In this document: positions 1 through 20,752 of the stretch, one piece after another
Position numbering within the stretch: position 1 is the stretch's first letter
Layout: every line of letters begins with the position of its first letter
NCBI GenBank assembly: GCA_964291675.2
Contig: OZ219866.1
Span: 3,136,001 to 3,200,000 of the forward strand
Origin: Alphaproteobacteria bacterium
Lineage (GTDB): Bacteria; Pseudomonadota; Alphaproteobacteria; MPNO01
DNA: 64,000 bases
Direction: 5' to 3'
The notes under the pieces: generated by a model
Told to the model about the DNA's origin: nothing
The model's database searches: none
What the model saw: the letters and a program-made list of their open reading frames with translations, nothing else
Program-made: the position numbers and the translations under genes

Positions 1-4843
<4,843 letters not shown>

Positions 4844-4915
4844 CCGCGCGCGGCAGGCGCCGCGGGGAGGCGGCGCGACACCGTCCAACCCCCTTGAAAC
4901 CCGGGTGTTTCCGGG

Positions 4916-4944
4916 TTGACGGGGGTCGGGCGGGCCACTATATT
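4916..4944 (+). promoter_or_regulatory. sigma70-type promoter for the str operon
   Basis: TTGACG (4916-4921), 17 bp spacer, TATATT (4939-4944), about 190 bp upstream of rpsL. Confidence 0.7.
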
Positions 4945-5134
4945 CCGGCGCTCATTTCGGGGGCTGGCGGTAGGAGCGAGTCCTAGACGCAGCTCCCATC
5001 TGAGCTGGGACGAAAAGTCGAACCGGGATCCCGGAGATCCCAAGCCCGCCGCGGCGCGCGATACGCCCGCGGTGGTGCGTGTCTTGCGGACAGCGTTTCC
5101 CGCCCTCGGGCGCGGCAGAAAGGGAACAGGTGGC

Positions 5135-5990
<856 letters not shown>

Positions 5991-6015
5991 CAACCCCTTC
6001 CCGCCCGGACCCGTC

Positions 6016-8091
<2,076 letters not shown>

Positions 8092-8127
8092 CCGCAGCGA
8101 ACGGGACCACACCGGGGACGAATTGAG

Positions 8128-9318
<1,191 letters not shown>

Positions 9319-9343
9319 CACCCGGGCGGGGCGGAGAGCAGAG

Positions 9344-9652
<309 letters not shown>

Positions 9653-9662
9653 GGGCGGCACG

Positions 9663-10394
9663 ATGCGCACCGGTCTGATCGCCCGCAAGCTCGGCATGAC
9701 GCGCGCCTTCGGCGACGACGGCTCGCACGTGCCGGTGACGGTGCTGAAAATCGACAACTGCCAGGTGGTGGCGGTCAAGACCGCCGAACGCGACGGCTAC
9801 ACCGCGCTGCAGCTCGGCGTCGGCGCGGCCAAGGTGAAGAACGTGTCCAGGCCGATGCGCGGCCATTTCGCCGGCGCCCGGGTCGAGCCCAAGCGCAAGC
9901 TCGCCGAGTTCCGCATCTCCGACGACGCGGTGATCGACGTGGGCGCCGAGCTGACGGCCGACCATTTCGTCGCCGGCCAGCATGTCGACGTCGTCGGCAC
10001 CAGCATCGGCAAGGGCTTCGCCGGCGCCATGAAGCGGCACAATTTCGGCGGGCTGGAGGCGAGCCACGGCGTCTCCATCAGCCACCGCAGCCACGGCTCG
10101 ACCGGCAACAGCCAGGACCCCGGCAAGGTGTTCAAGGGCAAGAAGATGGCCGGCCATCTGGGCGATGCCCGGACCACGGTACAGAACCTGACGGTGCATT
10201 CGACCGATGCCGAGCGCGGCCTGATCCTGCTCGCCGGCGCGGTGCCGGGCTCGAAGGGCGGCTACGTGCTGGTCTCCGACGCGAAGAAGCGCCCGGCGCC
10301 CGACGGCCTGCCCTTCCCGGGCGCCGTCAGGGCGGCGGCGGAGGCCGCGCCCGAGCCCGAGCCGGAGCCGGAGGGGGACGGCGATGAAAATTGA
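9663..10394 (+). CDS. rplC: 50S ribosomal protein L3
   Basis: [34 protein letters not shown]; GAGGG RBS upstream. Confidence 0.98.
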   Translation: MRTGLIARKLGMTRAFGDDGSHVPVTVLKIDNCQVVAVKTAERDGYTALQLGVGAAKVKNVSRPMRGHFAGARVEPKRKLAEFRISDDAVIDVGAELTADHFVAGQHVDVVGTSIGKGFAGAMKRHNFGGLEASHGVSISHRSHGSTGNSQDPGKVFKGKKMAGHLGDARTTVQNLTVHSTDAERGLILLAGAVPGSKGGYVLVSDAKKRPAPDGLPFPGAVRAAAEAAPEPEPEPEGDGDEN

Positions 10395-11004
10395 TGTCGT
10401 GACCCTCGACAACGAGAAGGCGGGCTCGATCGAGCTCGCCGATCCGGTCTTCGCCGCCCCGGTGCGCGGCGACATCCTCGCGCGCATGGTCAACTGGCAG
10501 CGCGCCAAGCGCCGCGCCGGCACGCACAGCACCAAGGGCATCAGCCAGGTCCGCGGCACCACCGCCAAGCCGTACAAGCAGAAGGGCACCGGCCGCGCCC
10601 GGCACGGCAGCCGGCGCTCGCCGCAATGGCGCGGCGGCTCGGTGACCTTCGGCCCCAAGCCGCGCAGCCACGCCCACAAGCTGCCCAAGAAGGTGCGCCG
10701 CATGGCGCTGCGCGCGGCGCTGTCGAGCAAATGCGCGGAGGGACGGCTCATCGTGCTCGACGCCGCCGAGGCCGGGGACCACAGGACCGCCGCGCTGGCC
10801 GCCCGGATCGACGCGCTCGGCTGGCGCTCGGCGCTGATCATCGGCGGCGCGGAGCTCGACACCAATTTCGTGCGCGCGGCCGCCAACCTGCCCAATATCG
10901 ACGTGCTGCCGCAGCAGGGCGCCAATGTCTACGACATATTGAGGCGCGAAACCCTGGTGCTGACCCGCGAGGCGGTGAGCCATCTCGAGGAGCGGCTGTC
11001 ATGA
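10384..11004 (+). CDS. rplD: 50S ribosomal protein L4
   Basis: [15 protein letters not shown]; S10 operon order. Confidence 0.98.
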   Translation: MKIDVVTLDNEKAGSIELADPVFAAPVRGDILARMVNWQRAKRRAGTHSTKGISQVRGTTAKPYKQKGTGRARHGSRRSPQWRGGSVTFGPKPRSHAHKLPKKVRRMALRAALSSKCAEGRLIVLDAAEAGDHRTAALAARIDALGWRSALIIGGAELDTNFVRAAANLPNIDVLPQQGANVYDILRRETLVLTREAVSHLEERLS

Positions 11005-11318
11005 GACGCACCGGCCCCGTCCGGGTCTCCGACGCCCGCGCCTGCGAGCTTCTGCGCGCGCCGGTGATCACCGAGAAATCGACCATGGCCAGCGAGCACA
11101 ACCAGATCACCTTCCGGGTGCCGCTGGACGCCACCAAGCCGGAGATCAAGGCGGCGGTGGAGAAGCTGTTCGACGTCGAGGTCACGGCGGTCAACACCAT
11201 CCGCCAGAAGGGCAAGGTCAAGCGCTTCCGCGGGCGCATCGGCAAGCGTCCCGACTACAAGAAGGCCATGGTGTCGCTCGCCGAGGGCCAGTCGATCGAC
11301 GTGACGACGGGGGTCTAG
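11001..11318 (+). CDS. rplW: 50S ribosomal protein L23
   Basis: [33 protein letters not shown]; ATGA overlap with rplD. Confidence 0.97.
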   Translation: MRRTGPVRVSDARACELLRAPVITEKSTMASEHNQITFRVPLDATKPEIKAAVEKLFDVEVTAVNTIRQKGKVKRFRGRIGKRPDYKKAMVSLAEGQSIDVTTGV

Positions 11319-11321
11319 GCG

Positions 11322-12149
11322 ATGGCGCTCAAGAAGTTCAACCCGGTCACCTCCTCGCAGCGCGGGCTGATCCTGGTCGACCGCTCCGAGCTGTGGAAGG
11401 GCCGCCCGGTCAAGAAGCTCACGGAGGGGCTGTCGGCCAAGGGCGGGCGCAACAACGCCGGGCGGATCACCGCGCGCCGGCGCGGCGGCGGGCACAAGCG
11501 GCTGTACCGCAAGATCGACTTCAAGCGGCGCAAGTTCGACGTGCCGGCGCGGGTCGAGCGCATCGAGTACGACCCCAACCGGTCCGCCTTCATCGCGCTG
11601 CTGAAATACGAGGACGGCGAGCAGAGCTACATCGTCGCGCCGCAGCGCCTCGCCGTCGGCGACACGGTGGTCGCCGGCCGGTCGGTCGACGTGAAGCCCG
11701 GCAACGCGATGCCGATGGAGAACATCCCGGTCGGCACCATCATCCACAATATCGAGATGCGGCCCGGCAAGGGCGCGCAGATCGCCCGCGCCGCGGGCAC
11801 CTATGCGCAGCTCGTCGGCAAGGATTCGGGCTATGCGCAGCTCCGCCTGACCTCGGGCGAGGCGCGCATGGTGCCGGCGCGCTGCATGGCGACGATCGGC
11901 GCGGTGTCCAACTCGGACAACCAGAACATCAAGAAGGCGAAGGCGGGGCGCAACCGCTGGCTCGGCAAGCGGCCCTCGGTGCGCGGCGTCGCGATGAACC
12001 CGGTCGACCACCCTCATGGCGGGGGCGAGGGGCGGAGCTCCGGCGGGCGCCACCCGGTGACGCCCTGGGGCGTGCCGACCAAGGGCAAGCGGACGCGCAG
12101 CAAGAAGAAGAGCGACGCGCTCATCATGCGCCGCCGTCACAAGAGATAG
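11322..12149 (+). CDS. rplB: 50S ribosomal protein L2
   Basis: [26 protein letters not shown]. Confidence 0.99.
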   Translation: MALKKFNPVTSSQRGLILVDRSELWKGRPVKKLTEGLSAKGGRNNAGRITARRRGGGHKRLYRKIDFKRRKFDVPARVERIEYDPNRSAFIALLKYEDGEQSYIVAPQRLAVGDTVVAGRSVDVKPGNAMPMENIPVGTIIHNIEMRPGKGAQIARAAGTYAQLVGKDSGYAQLRLTSGEARMVPARCMATIGAVSNSDNQNIKKAKAGRNRWLGKRPSVRGVAMNPVDHPHGGGEGRSSGGRHPVTPWGVPTKGKRTRSKKKSDALIMRRRHKR

Positions 12150-12161
12150 AGGGGACAGGTT

Positions 12162-12440
12162 GTGTCTCGTTCGGTCTGGAAAGGCCCGTTCGTCGACGGC
12201 TACCTTCTCAAGAAGGCCGAGAAGGTGCGCGACTCCGGGCGCAAGGAGATCATCCGCACGTGGTCGCGGCGCTCGACCATCCTGCCGCAATTCGTCGGCC
12301 TCACCTTCGGCGTCCATAACGGGCACAAATTCCTGCCCGTCCTGGTGACGGAGAACATGGTCGGCCACAAATTCGGCGAGTTCGCGATGACGCGCACCTA
12401 TCACGGCCACGCGGCCGACAAGCGCGCCAGGCGGGGCTGA
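12162..12440 (+). CDS. rpsS: 30S ribosomal protein S19
   Basis: [21 protein letters not shown]. Confidence 0.99.
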   Translation: MSRSVWKGPFVDGYLLKKAEKVRDSGRKEIIRTWSRRSTILPQFVGLTFGVHNGHKFLPVLVTENMVGHKFGEFAMTRTYHGHAADKRARRG

Positions 12441-12441
12441 G

Positions 12442-12831
12442 ATGGGCAAGCCCAAGGGATTCAGGCGGCTCGGCGAGAACGAGGCGATGGCCTATCTCAA
12501 GGCCATCCATGTCAGCCCGCGCAAGCTGAACCTGCTGGCCCAGATGATCCGCGGCATGGACGCCTCGCGCGCGCTGACCGCGCTCACGTTTTCGCGCCGC
12601 CGGGTCGCGCAGGATGTCCGCAAGGTGCTGCAATCGGCGATCGCCAATGCCGAGAACAACCACCAGCTCGATGTCGACCGGCTGGTCGTCGCCGAGGCCC
12701 ATGTCGGACGCAGCTTCGCGATGAAGCGGTTCCGGGCGCGCGCCCGCGGCCGGGTCGGGCGGCTGGAGAAGCCGTTCAGCAATCTGACGGTGGTGGTGCG
12801 CGAGCGCGAGGAAGACGAGGAAGAAGCCTGA
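12442..12831 (+). CDS. rplV: 50S ribosomal protein L22
   Basis: [19 protein letters not shown]. Confidence 0.98.
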   Translation: MGKPKGFRRLGENEAMAYLKAIHVSPRKLNLLAQMIRGMDASRALTALTFSRRRVAQDVRKVLQSAIANAENNHQLDVDRLVVAEAHVGRSFAMKRFRARARGRVGRLEKPFSNLTVVVREREEDEEEA

Positions 12832-13508
12832 TGGGTCAGAAGGTCAATCCGGTAGGGCTCAGGGTCGGGATCAACCGCACCTGGGATTCGCGCTGGTACG
12901 CCGATACGCAGTACGGCGACCTGCTGCACGAGGACCTCCGGCTCAGGGACTACCTGTTCAAGCGCCTGTCCCAGGCCGGCGTCAGCCGGGTGGTCATCGA
13001 ACGGCCGGCCAAGAAGGCCAGGGTGACGATCCATTCGGCGCGCCCCGGGGTGGTGATCGGCAAGAAGGGCGCCGATATCGAGAAGCTGCGCCAGGACGTC
13101 TCCCGGATGACCGACTCGGACGTCCACATCAACATCGTCGAGTTCCGCAAGCCCGAGATCGACGCCAAGCTGGTCGCCGAGAACATCGCCCAGCAGCTCG
13201 AACGCCGGGTCGCGTTCCGCCGCGCGATGAAGCGCGCCGTCCAGTCGGCGATGCGCCTCGGCGCCGAGGGCATCCGGATCAATTGCGGCGGGCGGCTCGG
13301 CGGCGCCGAGATCGCGCGCATGGAGTGGTACCGCGAGGGGCGCGTGCCGCTGCACACGCTGCGCGCCAATGTCGATTACGGGATCGCCACGGCGCGGACC
13401 ACCTACGGCACCTGCGGGGTGAAGGTCTGGGTGTTCAAGGGCGAGATCATGGCGCACGACCCGATGGCGCTCGACCGGACCAACCAGGAAATGCAGACCG
13501 CCCGTTAG
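12831..13508 (+). CDS. rpsC: 30S ribosomal protein S3
   Basis: [21 protein letters not shown]. Confidence 0.99.
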   Translation: MGQKVNPVGLRVGINRTWDSRWYADTQYGDLLHEDLRLRDYLFKRLSQAGVSRVVIERPAKKARVTIHSARPGVVIGKKGADIEKLRQDVSRMTDSDVHINIVEFRKPEIDAKLVAENIAQQLERRVAFRRAMKRAVQSAMRLGAEGIRINCGGRLGGAEIARMEWYREGRVPLHTLRANVDYGIATARTTYGTCGVKVWVFKGEIMAHDPMALDRTNQEMQTAR

Positions 13509-13526
13509 GCGGAGGAATGCGGAGCG

Positions 13527-13946
13527 ATGCTGAGCCCGAAGAGAACCAAGTTCAGGAAGGCCCACAAGGGCCGCATCCACGGCAACGCCAAGGCCGGCAC
13601 GACGCTCAATTTCGGCGCCTACGGGCTGAAGGCGATGGGTCCGGGCCGGGTCACGGCGCGCCAGATCGAGGCCTCCAGGCGGGCGATTACCCGCCACATG
13701 AAGCGCTCGGGCCGGGTGTGGATCCGCATCTTCCCCGACGTTCCGGTCTCCCAGAAACCGGCCGAGGTGCGCCAGGGCAAGGGCAAGGGCTCGCCGGAGT
13801 ACTGGGCCTGCCGGGTCAAGCCGGGCCGCATCATGTTCGAGATCGACGGCGTGCCGGGCGATGTCGCGAGAAGCGCGCTCTCGCTCGCCGCGGCGAAGCT
13901 GCCCATCCCGGTGCGCTTCGTGCAACGCCTGGCCGGAGGCCATTGA
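13527..13946 (+). CDS. rplP: 50S ribosomal protein L16
   Basis: [21 protein letters not shown]. Confidence 0.99.
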   Translation: MLSPKRTKFRKAHKGRIHGNAKAGTTLNFGAYGLKAMGPGRVTARQIEASRRAITRHMKRSGRVWIRIFPDVPVSQKPAEVRQGKGKGSPEYWACRVKPGRIMFEIDGVPGDVARSALSLAAAKLPIPVRFVQRLAGGH

Positions 13947-13948
13947 CG

Positions 13949-14155
13949 ATGAAGGCCGCGGAAGTCAGGCAGAAGACGCCCGACGAGCTCGCCGAAATGC
14001 TGCGCGGGCTGCGCCGGGAAGCGCTCAATCTCCGCTTCCAGCGCGCCAGCGGGCAGCTCGAGGCGACCTCGCGGGTGCGCGAGGTCAGGCGCGACATCGC
14101 GCGCATCCAGACCATCGTCAACGAGCGCCGCCGCGCGGCCGAAAGGGAGGGCTGA
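13949..14155 (+). CDS. rpmC: 50S ribosomal protein L29
   Basis: MKAAEVRQKT, LNLRFQRASGQLE, RRDIARIQT; lies inside a longer spurious ORF of the track. Confidence 0.96.
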   Translation: MKAAEVRQKTPDELAEMLRGLRREALNLRFQRASGQLEATSRVREVRRDIARIQTIVNERRRAAEREG

Positions 14156-14158
14156 GCG

Positions 14159-14410
14159 GTGCCGAGACGGGTCCTGCAGGGCGTCGTGATAAGCGACAAG
14201 ATGGACAAGACCGTGGTGGTCAGGGTTGAACGCCGCGTGCGCCACCCGATCTACAAGAAGATCATCCGCCGGTCCGGCAAGTTCTCCGCCCACGACGCCG
14301 AGAACAGGTGCAAGGAAGGCGATGTCGTGCGTATCCGCGAGTGCCGCCCGCTGTCGAAGTCCAAGCGGTGGGAAGTAGTCGACGAGTCCGGCGGTTCCGC
14401 GGCGACGTGA
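14159..14410 (+). CDS. rpsQ: 30S ribosomal protein S17
   Basis: [25 protein letters not shown]. Confidence 0.98.
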   Translation: MPRRVLQGVVISDKMDKTVVVRVERRVRHPIYKKIIRRSGKFSAHDAENRCKEGDVVRIRECRPLSKSKRWEVVDESGGSAAT

Positions 14411-14417
14411 GGGCGCA

Positions 14418-14786
14418 ATGATTCAGGCCGAAAGCAATCTCGACGTAGCGGACAACTCGGGCGCCCGGCGGGTGCAGTGCATCCGCATCCTGGGCGGGTC
14501 GAGGCGCCGCTGGGCGTCGGTCGGCGACGTGATCGTGGTCTCGGTCAAGGAGGCGATCCCGCGCGGACGGGTGAAGAAGGGCGATATCCACAAGGCGGTG
14601 GTGGTCCGCACCGCCAAGGAAATCCGCCGGCCCGACGGCACCGCCATCCGGTTCGACCGCAACGCGGCGGTGCTGATCAACCCGGCCGGCGAGCCGATCG
14701 GGACCCGCATTTTCGGCCCGGTCACCCGCGAGCTGCGCGCCAAGCAGTACATGAAGATCATCTCGCTCGCGCCGGAGGTGCTGTGA
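14418..14786 (+). CDS. rplN: 50S ribosomal protein L14
   Basis: [29 protein letters not shown]. Confidence 0.99.
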   Translation: MIQAESNLDVADNSGARRVQCIRILGGSRRRWASVGDVIVVSVKEAIPRGRVKKGDIHKAVVVRTAKEIRRPDGTAIRFDRNAAVLINPAGEPIGTRIFGPVTRELRAKQYMKIISLAPEVL

Positions 14787-14787
14787 C

Positions 14788-15129
14788 ATGGGACGCCGGG
14801 CGAACAAGGGCGGCGGCATCAAGCGGATCCGCAAGGGCGACAACGTCATCGTGCTGACCGGGCGCGACAAGGGAAAGCGGGGCAGCGTGCTCAAGTCGAT
14901 GCCGAAGGAAGGGCGGCTGATCGTCCAGGGCGTCAACGTGGTCAAGCGCCACACCCGCCCCTCGCAGACCCAGGCCGGCGGCATCGTCCAGAAGGAGGCG
15001 CCGATCCATGTCTCCAACGTGGCGCTGCTCGACCCGGCCTCCGACAGGCCCACGCGCGTCGGCTTCCGGCTGCTGGAGGACGGCCGCAAGGTCCGCTACG
15101 CCAAGGCGTCCGGCGAGTTGATCGACTAG
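14788..15129 (+). CDS. rplX: 50S ribosomal protein L24
   Basis: [28 protein letters not shown]. Confidence 0.98.
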   Translation: MGRRANKGGGIKRIRKGDNVIVLTGRDKGKRGSVLKSMPKEGRLIVQGVNVVKRHTRPSQTQAGGIVQKEAPIHVSNVALLDPASDRPTRVGFRLLEDGRKVRYAKASGELID

Positions 15130-15140
15130 GGACGGAAACC

Positions 15141-15683
15141 ATGTCTGCCCGCCTTCAGGAACACTATCGAGAGGTCGTCCGGCCGGCGCTGCTGGAGGAG
15201 TTCGGCTACGCCAACCCCATGCAGGTGCCGAGGCTGGACAAGGTCGTTCTCAACATGGGGGTCGGCGAGGCGGTCGGCGATTCGAAGAAGATCGACGCGG
15301 CGGCCCGCGAGATGGCCCTCATCGCCGGCCAGAAGCCGATCGTCATCCGCGCCCGCAGATCCGTCGCCCAGTTCAAGCTGCGCGAGGGCATGCCCGTGGG
15401 CGTCAAGGTCACGCTGAGGCGGACGATGATGTACGAGTTTCTCGACCGGCTGATCACCATCGCGCTGCCCAGGGTGCGCGACTTCCGCGGCCTGTCGCCG
15501 GCGAGCTTCGACGGCAGCGGCAACTATGCGCTGGGGCTGCAGGAACAGATCGTCTTCCCCGAGATCGACTACGACTCGGTGGACCAGATGCGCGGCATGG
15601 ATGTCGTCGTCGTCACCACCGCGAAGACCGACGACGAGGCGAGATCGCTGCTCAGGGGATTCCAATTTCCCTTCGTGAACTGA
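15141..15683 (+). CDS. rplE: 50S ribosomal protein L5
   Basis: [20 protein letters not shown]. Confidence 0.99.
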   Translation: MSARLQEHYREVVRPALLEEFGYANPMQVPRLDKVVLNMGVGEAVGDSKKIDAAAREMALIAGQKPIVIRARRSVAQFKLREGMPVGVKVTLRRTMMYEFLDRLITIALPRVRDFRGLSPASFDGSGNYALGLQEQIVFPEIDYDSVDQMRGMDVVVVTTAKTDDEARSLLRGFQFPFVN

Positions 15684-15705
15684 TGCAAGGACCGGGAACG
15701 ATCGG

Positions 15706-16011
15706 ATGGCGAAAAAGAGCGCCGTAGAGAGAAACAGGAAGCGCCAACGGCTGGCCGCCCGCGACAGCGCCAAGCGCGCGGCGTTGAAGGAGATCGCGAA
15801 CGACCGCGACCTGCCGATGGAGGAGCGGTTCAGCGCCCGTCTCAGGCTCGCCAAGATGCCGCGCAACGGTGCAGCGGTGCGCGTGCGCAACCGCTGCGAG
15901 CTCAGCGGACGGCCGCGCGGCTATTACCGCAAGTTCCGCATCTCGCGGATCGCGCTGCGCGAACTCGCGGCCTTCGGGTTGATCCCCGGCATGGTGAAGT
16001 CGAGCTGGTAA
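15706..16011 (+). CDS. rpsN: 30S ribosomal protein S14 (long, zinc-free form)
   Basis: 101 aa; [21 protein letters not shown]. Confidence 0.98.
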   Translation: MAKKSAVERNRKRQRLAARDSAKRAALKEIANDRDLPMEERFSARLRLAKMPRNGAAVRVRNRCELSGRPRGYYRKFRISRIALRELAAFGLIPGMVKSSW

Positions 16012-16023
16012 GGAGTCGCGACG

Positions 16024-16422
16024 ATGACGATGAGCGACCCTCTCGGCGATATGCTGACGCGCATCCGCAACGGCCAGCGGGCGCACAAGTCGGCGATCGA
16101 CGCGCCCTCTTCCCGGCTGCGCGCCAACGTGCTCGACGTGCTCCAGCGCGAGGGCTATATCCGGGGCTACAGCGAGAGCGAGCTGCGCAAGGGCATTGCC
16201 GAGCTCCGCATCGAGCTCAAATACCACGACGGAGAGCCGGTGATCCGCGAGATCCATCGGATCTCCAAGCCCGGGCGGCGGGTCTATTCCAAGATCAGGG
16301 ATCTCGCGCCGGTCTATAACGGGCTCGGCATCTCGATCCTGTCCACCCCGCAGGGGGTGATGTCTGACAGCGAGGCGCGCGCCGCCAATGTCGGCGGCGA
16401 AGTCCTCTGCATGGTGTTCTAG
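16024..16422 (+). CDS. rpsH: 30S ribosomal protein S8
   Basis: [30 protein letters not shown]. Confidence 0.99.
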   Translation: MTMSDPLGDMLTRIRNGQRAHKSAIDAPSSRLRANVLDVLQREGYIRGYSESELRKGIAELRIELKYHDGEPVIREIHRISKPGRRVYSKIRDLAPVYNGLGISILSTPQGVMSDSEARAANVGGEVLCMVF

Positions 16423-16430
16423 GAGGCGTC

Positions 16431-16964
16431 ATGTCGCGCGTGGGACAAATGCCGGTCACGCTGCCCGAGGGCGTCGAGGTGGCGATCGCCGGGCGCGAGG
16501 TCAGCGCCAGGGGCAAGCTCGGCGCGCTGTCGATGACGCTGTCGGACCAGGTCGAGCTGACACGGGAAGACGACAGGCTGACGGTGGCGCCGCGCGGCGA
16601 GACCAAGCGCGCCCGTTCGATGTGGGGAACCACGCGGAGCCTGTTGCAGAACATCGTCACCGGGGTCAGCGAAGGCTTCCGGGTCGAGCTCGCGATCAAC
16701 GGCGTCGGCTACCGCGCCGCCGTGGACGGCGAGGAGCTGGTCCTCCAGCTCGGCTACAGCCACGAGATCAGGCACCCGATCCCCGAGGGGATCGCGATCG
16801 CCTGCGAGCGGCCGACCCATATCGCGGTCTCCGGCATCGACCGCCAGCAGGTCGGCCAGGTGGCGGCCGAGATCCGCGCCTATCGCAAGCCGGAGCCGTA
16901 CAAGGGCAAGGGCATTCGCTATGCGGACGAGATCGTCGTCCGCAAGGAAGGCAAGAAGAAGTAG
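16431..16964 (+). CDS. rplF: 50S ribosomal protein L6
   Basis: MSRVG, GVGYRA, PEPYKGKGIRY. Confidence 0.99.
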   Translation: MSRVGQMPVTLPEGVEVAIAGREVSARGKLGALSMTLSDQVELTREDDRLTVAPRGETKRARSMWGTTRSLLQNIVTGVSEGFRVELAINGVGYRAAVDGEELVLQLGYSHEIRHPIPEGIAIACERPTHIAVSGIDRQQVGQVAAEIRAYRKPEPYKGKGIRYADEIVVRKEGKKK

Positions 16965-16967
16965 GTG

Positions 16968-17330
16968 ATGGCAAACCCGTCCGAACTCGCCGTCAGGCGC
17001 CGCGCCAGGGTGCGCCGCCGGCTCAGGCGCCGCAACACCGACCGGCCGAGGCTGTCGGTGTTCCGGTCGAACAAGAACATTTCCGCCCAGGTGATCGACG
17101 ATCGCGCCGGGCGCACGCTGGCGTCCGCCTCCAGCCTGGAAAAGGAGCTGCGCTCGGGCCTCAAGTCGGGCGCCGACAAGGAGGCGGCGGCGCGGGTCGG
17201 CAAGCTGGTCGCCGAGCGCGCGCTGGCCAGCGGGGTCACGGAAGTTGTCTTCGACCGCGGCTCCTACCTGTATCATGGCCGGGTCAAGGCCCTGGCCGAA
17301 GCGGCCCGCGAGAGCGGTCTCGCGTTCTGA
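16968..17330 (+). CDS. rplR: 50S ribosomal protein L18
   Basis: [30 protein letters not shown]; alternative GTG start at 16965. Confidence 0.97.
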   Translation: MANPSELAVRRRARVRRRLRRRNTDRPRLSVFRSNKNISAQVIDDRAGRTLASASSLEKELRSGLKSGADKEAAARVGKLVAERALASGVTEVVFDRGSYLYHGRVKALAEAARESGLAF

Positions 17331-17340
17331 GGATTTGCAG

Positions 17341-17931
17341 ATGGCAAGAGGTCCACGATCCGAGCGCGGCGGCCGCCGGTCCGACGATTCCGAGCAGAGC
17401 GAGCTCGTCGACAAGCTGGTCAGCATCAACCGCGTCGCCAAGGTGGTGAAGGGCGGGCGGCGGTTCGGCTTCGCCGCGCTGGTGGTGGTCGGCGACGCCA
17501 AGGGGCGCGTCGGCTACGGCAGCGGCAAGGCGCGCGAGGTGCCCGAAGCGATCCGCAAGGCGACCGAGCAGGCCAAGCGCAAGCTGATCCGCGTGCCGCT
17601 GCGCGAGGGGCGCACGCTGCACCACGACATCGTCGGGCATTTCGGCGCCGGGCGGGTGGTGCTGCGCGCCGCGCCGCCGGGCACGGGGATCATCGCCGGC
17701 GGGCCGATGCGCGCGGTGTTCGAGACCCTCGGCGTGCATGACGTGGTCGCCAAGTCGATCGGCACCGCCAACCCTTACAACATGGTCAAGGCGACCTTCG
17801 ACGGGCTGTCGCGGCTGAACTCGCCGCGCGCGGTGGCAGCCAGGCGCGGCAAGAAGATCGGCGACATCATCGGCCGCCGCGCGGGCGAGGACGGGCGCGG
17901 CCAGGCGGCGGGAGCGGAGGCCAATGGCTAA
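17341..17931 (+). CDS. rpsE: 30S ribosomal protein S5
   Basis: [22 protein letters not shown]; GAGGA RBS upstream. Confidence 0.98.
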   Translation: MARGPRSERGGRRSDDSEQSELVDKLVSINRVAKVVKGGRRFGFAALVVVGDAKGRVGYGSGKAREVPEAIRKATEQAKRKLIRVPLREGRTLHHDIVGHFGAGRVVLRAAPPGTGIIAGGPMRAVFETLGVHDVVAKSIGTANPYNMVKATFDGLSRLNSPRAVAARRGKKIGDIIGRRAGEDGRGQAAGAEANG

Positions 17932-18115
17932 GCCCAAGACCGTCACCGTGACCCAGATCAAGAGCCCGATCGGCCGACCCAAGGACCAGCGCGCCACGCT
18001 GATCGGGCTTGGGCTCAACAAGCTGCATCGCAGCCGGGAGCTGGAGGATACGCCCGCGATACGCGGCATGATCCGCAAGGTCTCGCACCTGGTCTCCGTG
18101 CAGGAAGCGGACTAG
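17924..18115 (+). CDS. rpmD: 50S ribosomal protein L30
   Basis: [28 protein letters not shown]. Confidence 0.97.
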   Translation: MAKPKTVTVTQIKSPIGRPKDQRATLIGLGLNKLHRSRELEDTPAIRGMIRKVSHLVSVQEAD

Positions 18116-18136
18116 GGCAAGGCCGGGAGCGATTCG

Positions 18137-18649
18137 ATGAGGCTGAACGAACTCCGCGACAATGCCGGCGCCAGACGGCCGCGCAAGCGCATCGGCCGCG
18201 GCGTCGGCTCGGGCAAGGGCAAGACCTCCGGCAGGGGCCAGAAGGGCCAGAAGTCGCGCAGCGGCGTCTCCCTGCTGGGCTTCGAGGGCGGCCAGATGCC
18301 GCTCTACCGGCGCCTGCCCAAGCGCGGCTTCCACAACCCGTTCCGCAAGCGTTACCGGGTGGTCAATCTCGGCCGGTTGCAGGCGGCGATCGACGCCGGC
18401 CGGCTCGACCCCGGACAGCCGATCGACGAAGCGGCGCTGCTCGCCGCGGGTCTGGTAAAATCGCGCCGCGACGGCATCCGCGTCCTGGCCAAGGGCGAGA
18501 TCACGGCGAGCGTGACCCTCGCGGTTTCGGGAGCGTCGAAGGCGGCGGTCGCGGCGGTGGAGAAGGCCGGGGGCAGCGTCTCGGTCGGCGCCGCTTCGCC
18601 CGCCGGGGCCGGGGCATCGGACGGGGACGGCGCAGGGTCGGGAGACTAG
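18137..18649 (+). CDS. rplO: 50S ribosomal protein L15
   Basis: [34 protein letters not shown]. Confidence 0.99.
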   Translation: MRLNELRDNAGARRPRKRIGRGVGSGKGKTSGRGQKGQKSRSGVSLLGFEGGQMPLYRRLPKRGFHNPFRKRYRVVNLGRLQAAIDAGRLDPGQPIDEAALLAAGLVKSRRDGIRVLAKGEITASVTLAVSGASKAAVAAVEKAGGSVSVGAASPAGAGASDGDGAGSGD

Positions 18650-18652
18650 CCC

Positions 18653-19992
<1,340 letters not shown>

Positions 19993-19996
<4 letters not shown>

Positions 19997-20649
19997 ACCT
20001 GATCATGCTGGGGCCCCCGGGCTCCGGCAAGGGCACCCAGGCGATTCGCCTCCAGGAATCGAGCGGGCTGGTCCAGCTGTCCACCGGCGAGATGCTGCGC
20101 GCGGCGGTGGCCTCGGGCAGCGAGACCGGCAAGCTCGTCGGCGCGATCATGGAGGCCGGCAGGCTGGTCCCCGACGACTTGATGGTGTCGATGATCGACC
20201 GGCGGATCGACGAGCCCGATTGCGCCGGCGGGTTCATCCTGGACGGCTTTCCGCGCACCGTCGCCCAGGCCGAGGCGCTCGACGGGATGCTCGCCCGCAA
20301 GGCCAGGCGGCTCGACGCGGTGATCGAGATCGCGGTCCCCGACGGCGCCCTGGTCGAGCGCATCGCCGGGCGGTTCTCCTGCGCCGATTGCGGGGCCGGC
20401 TATCACCGGCGCTTCCGGCCGACCGCCGTCGAGGGGGTGTGCGACCGCTGCGGCGGCACCCGGTTCACGCACCGCCCCGACGACAACGAGGCGACGGTGA
20501 AGACGCGTCTTGCCGCCTACCACGCCCAGACCGAGCCGCTGCTGCCCTACTACCGGACCCGCGGCGTTCTCAGGAGCGTCGACGGCATGGCGGGCATCGA
20601 CGCGGTGACCGCCGAGATCCGGGCCGCCCTCGGCGCGTCGGCCGCCTGA
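19993..20649 (+). CDS. adk: adenylate kinase with four-Cys LID
   Basis: [11 protein letters not shown]-loop, [15 protein letters not shown]...CDRCG; ATGA overlap with secY. Confidence 0.98.
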
Positions 20650-20678
20650 TTGACCCTTGTCCGGGCCGGGGCTAGGCT
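20650..20678 (+). promoter_or_regulatory. candidate sigma70 promoter directly after the adk stop
   Basis: TTGACC (20650-20655), 17 bp spacer, TAGGCT (20673-20678). Confidence 0.5.
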
Positions 20679-20752
20679 CCGCGCAATTCCCCCGGCCGCC
20701 CGACCCGATGCCCCGATTTGTCGAGCGGCGGCGCTACAGGAGGAGTCCCGAC

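Noticed and set aside
10340-10380. Short GAGCC(C/G) repeats at the rplC 3' end
   Set aside because: They encode a low-complexity PEPEPE tail, a common variable extension of L3.
15706-16011. Zinc-free S14 as an unusual paralog
   Set aside because: The long single-Cys S14 is the normal form in proteobacterial spc operons.
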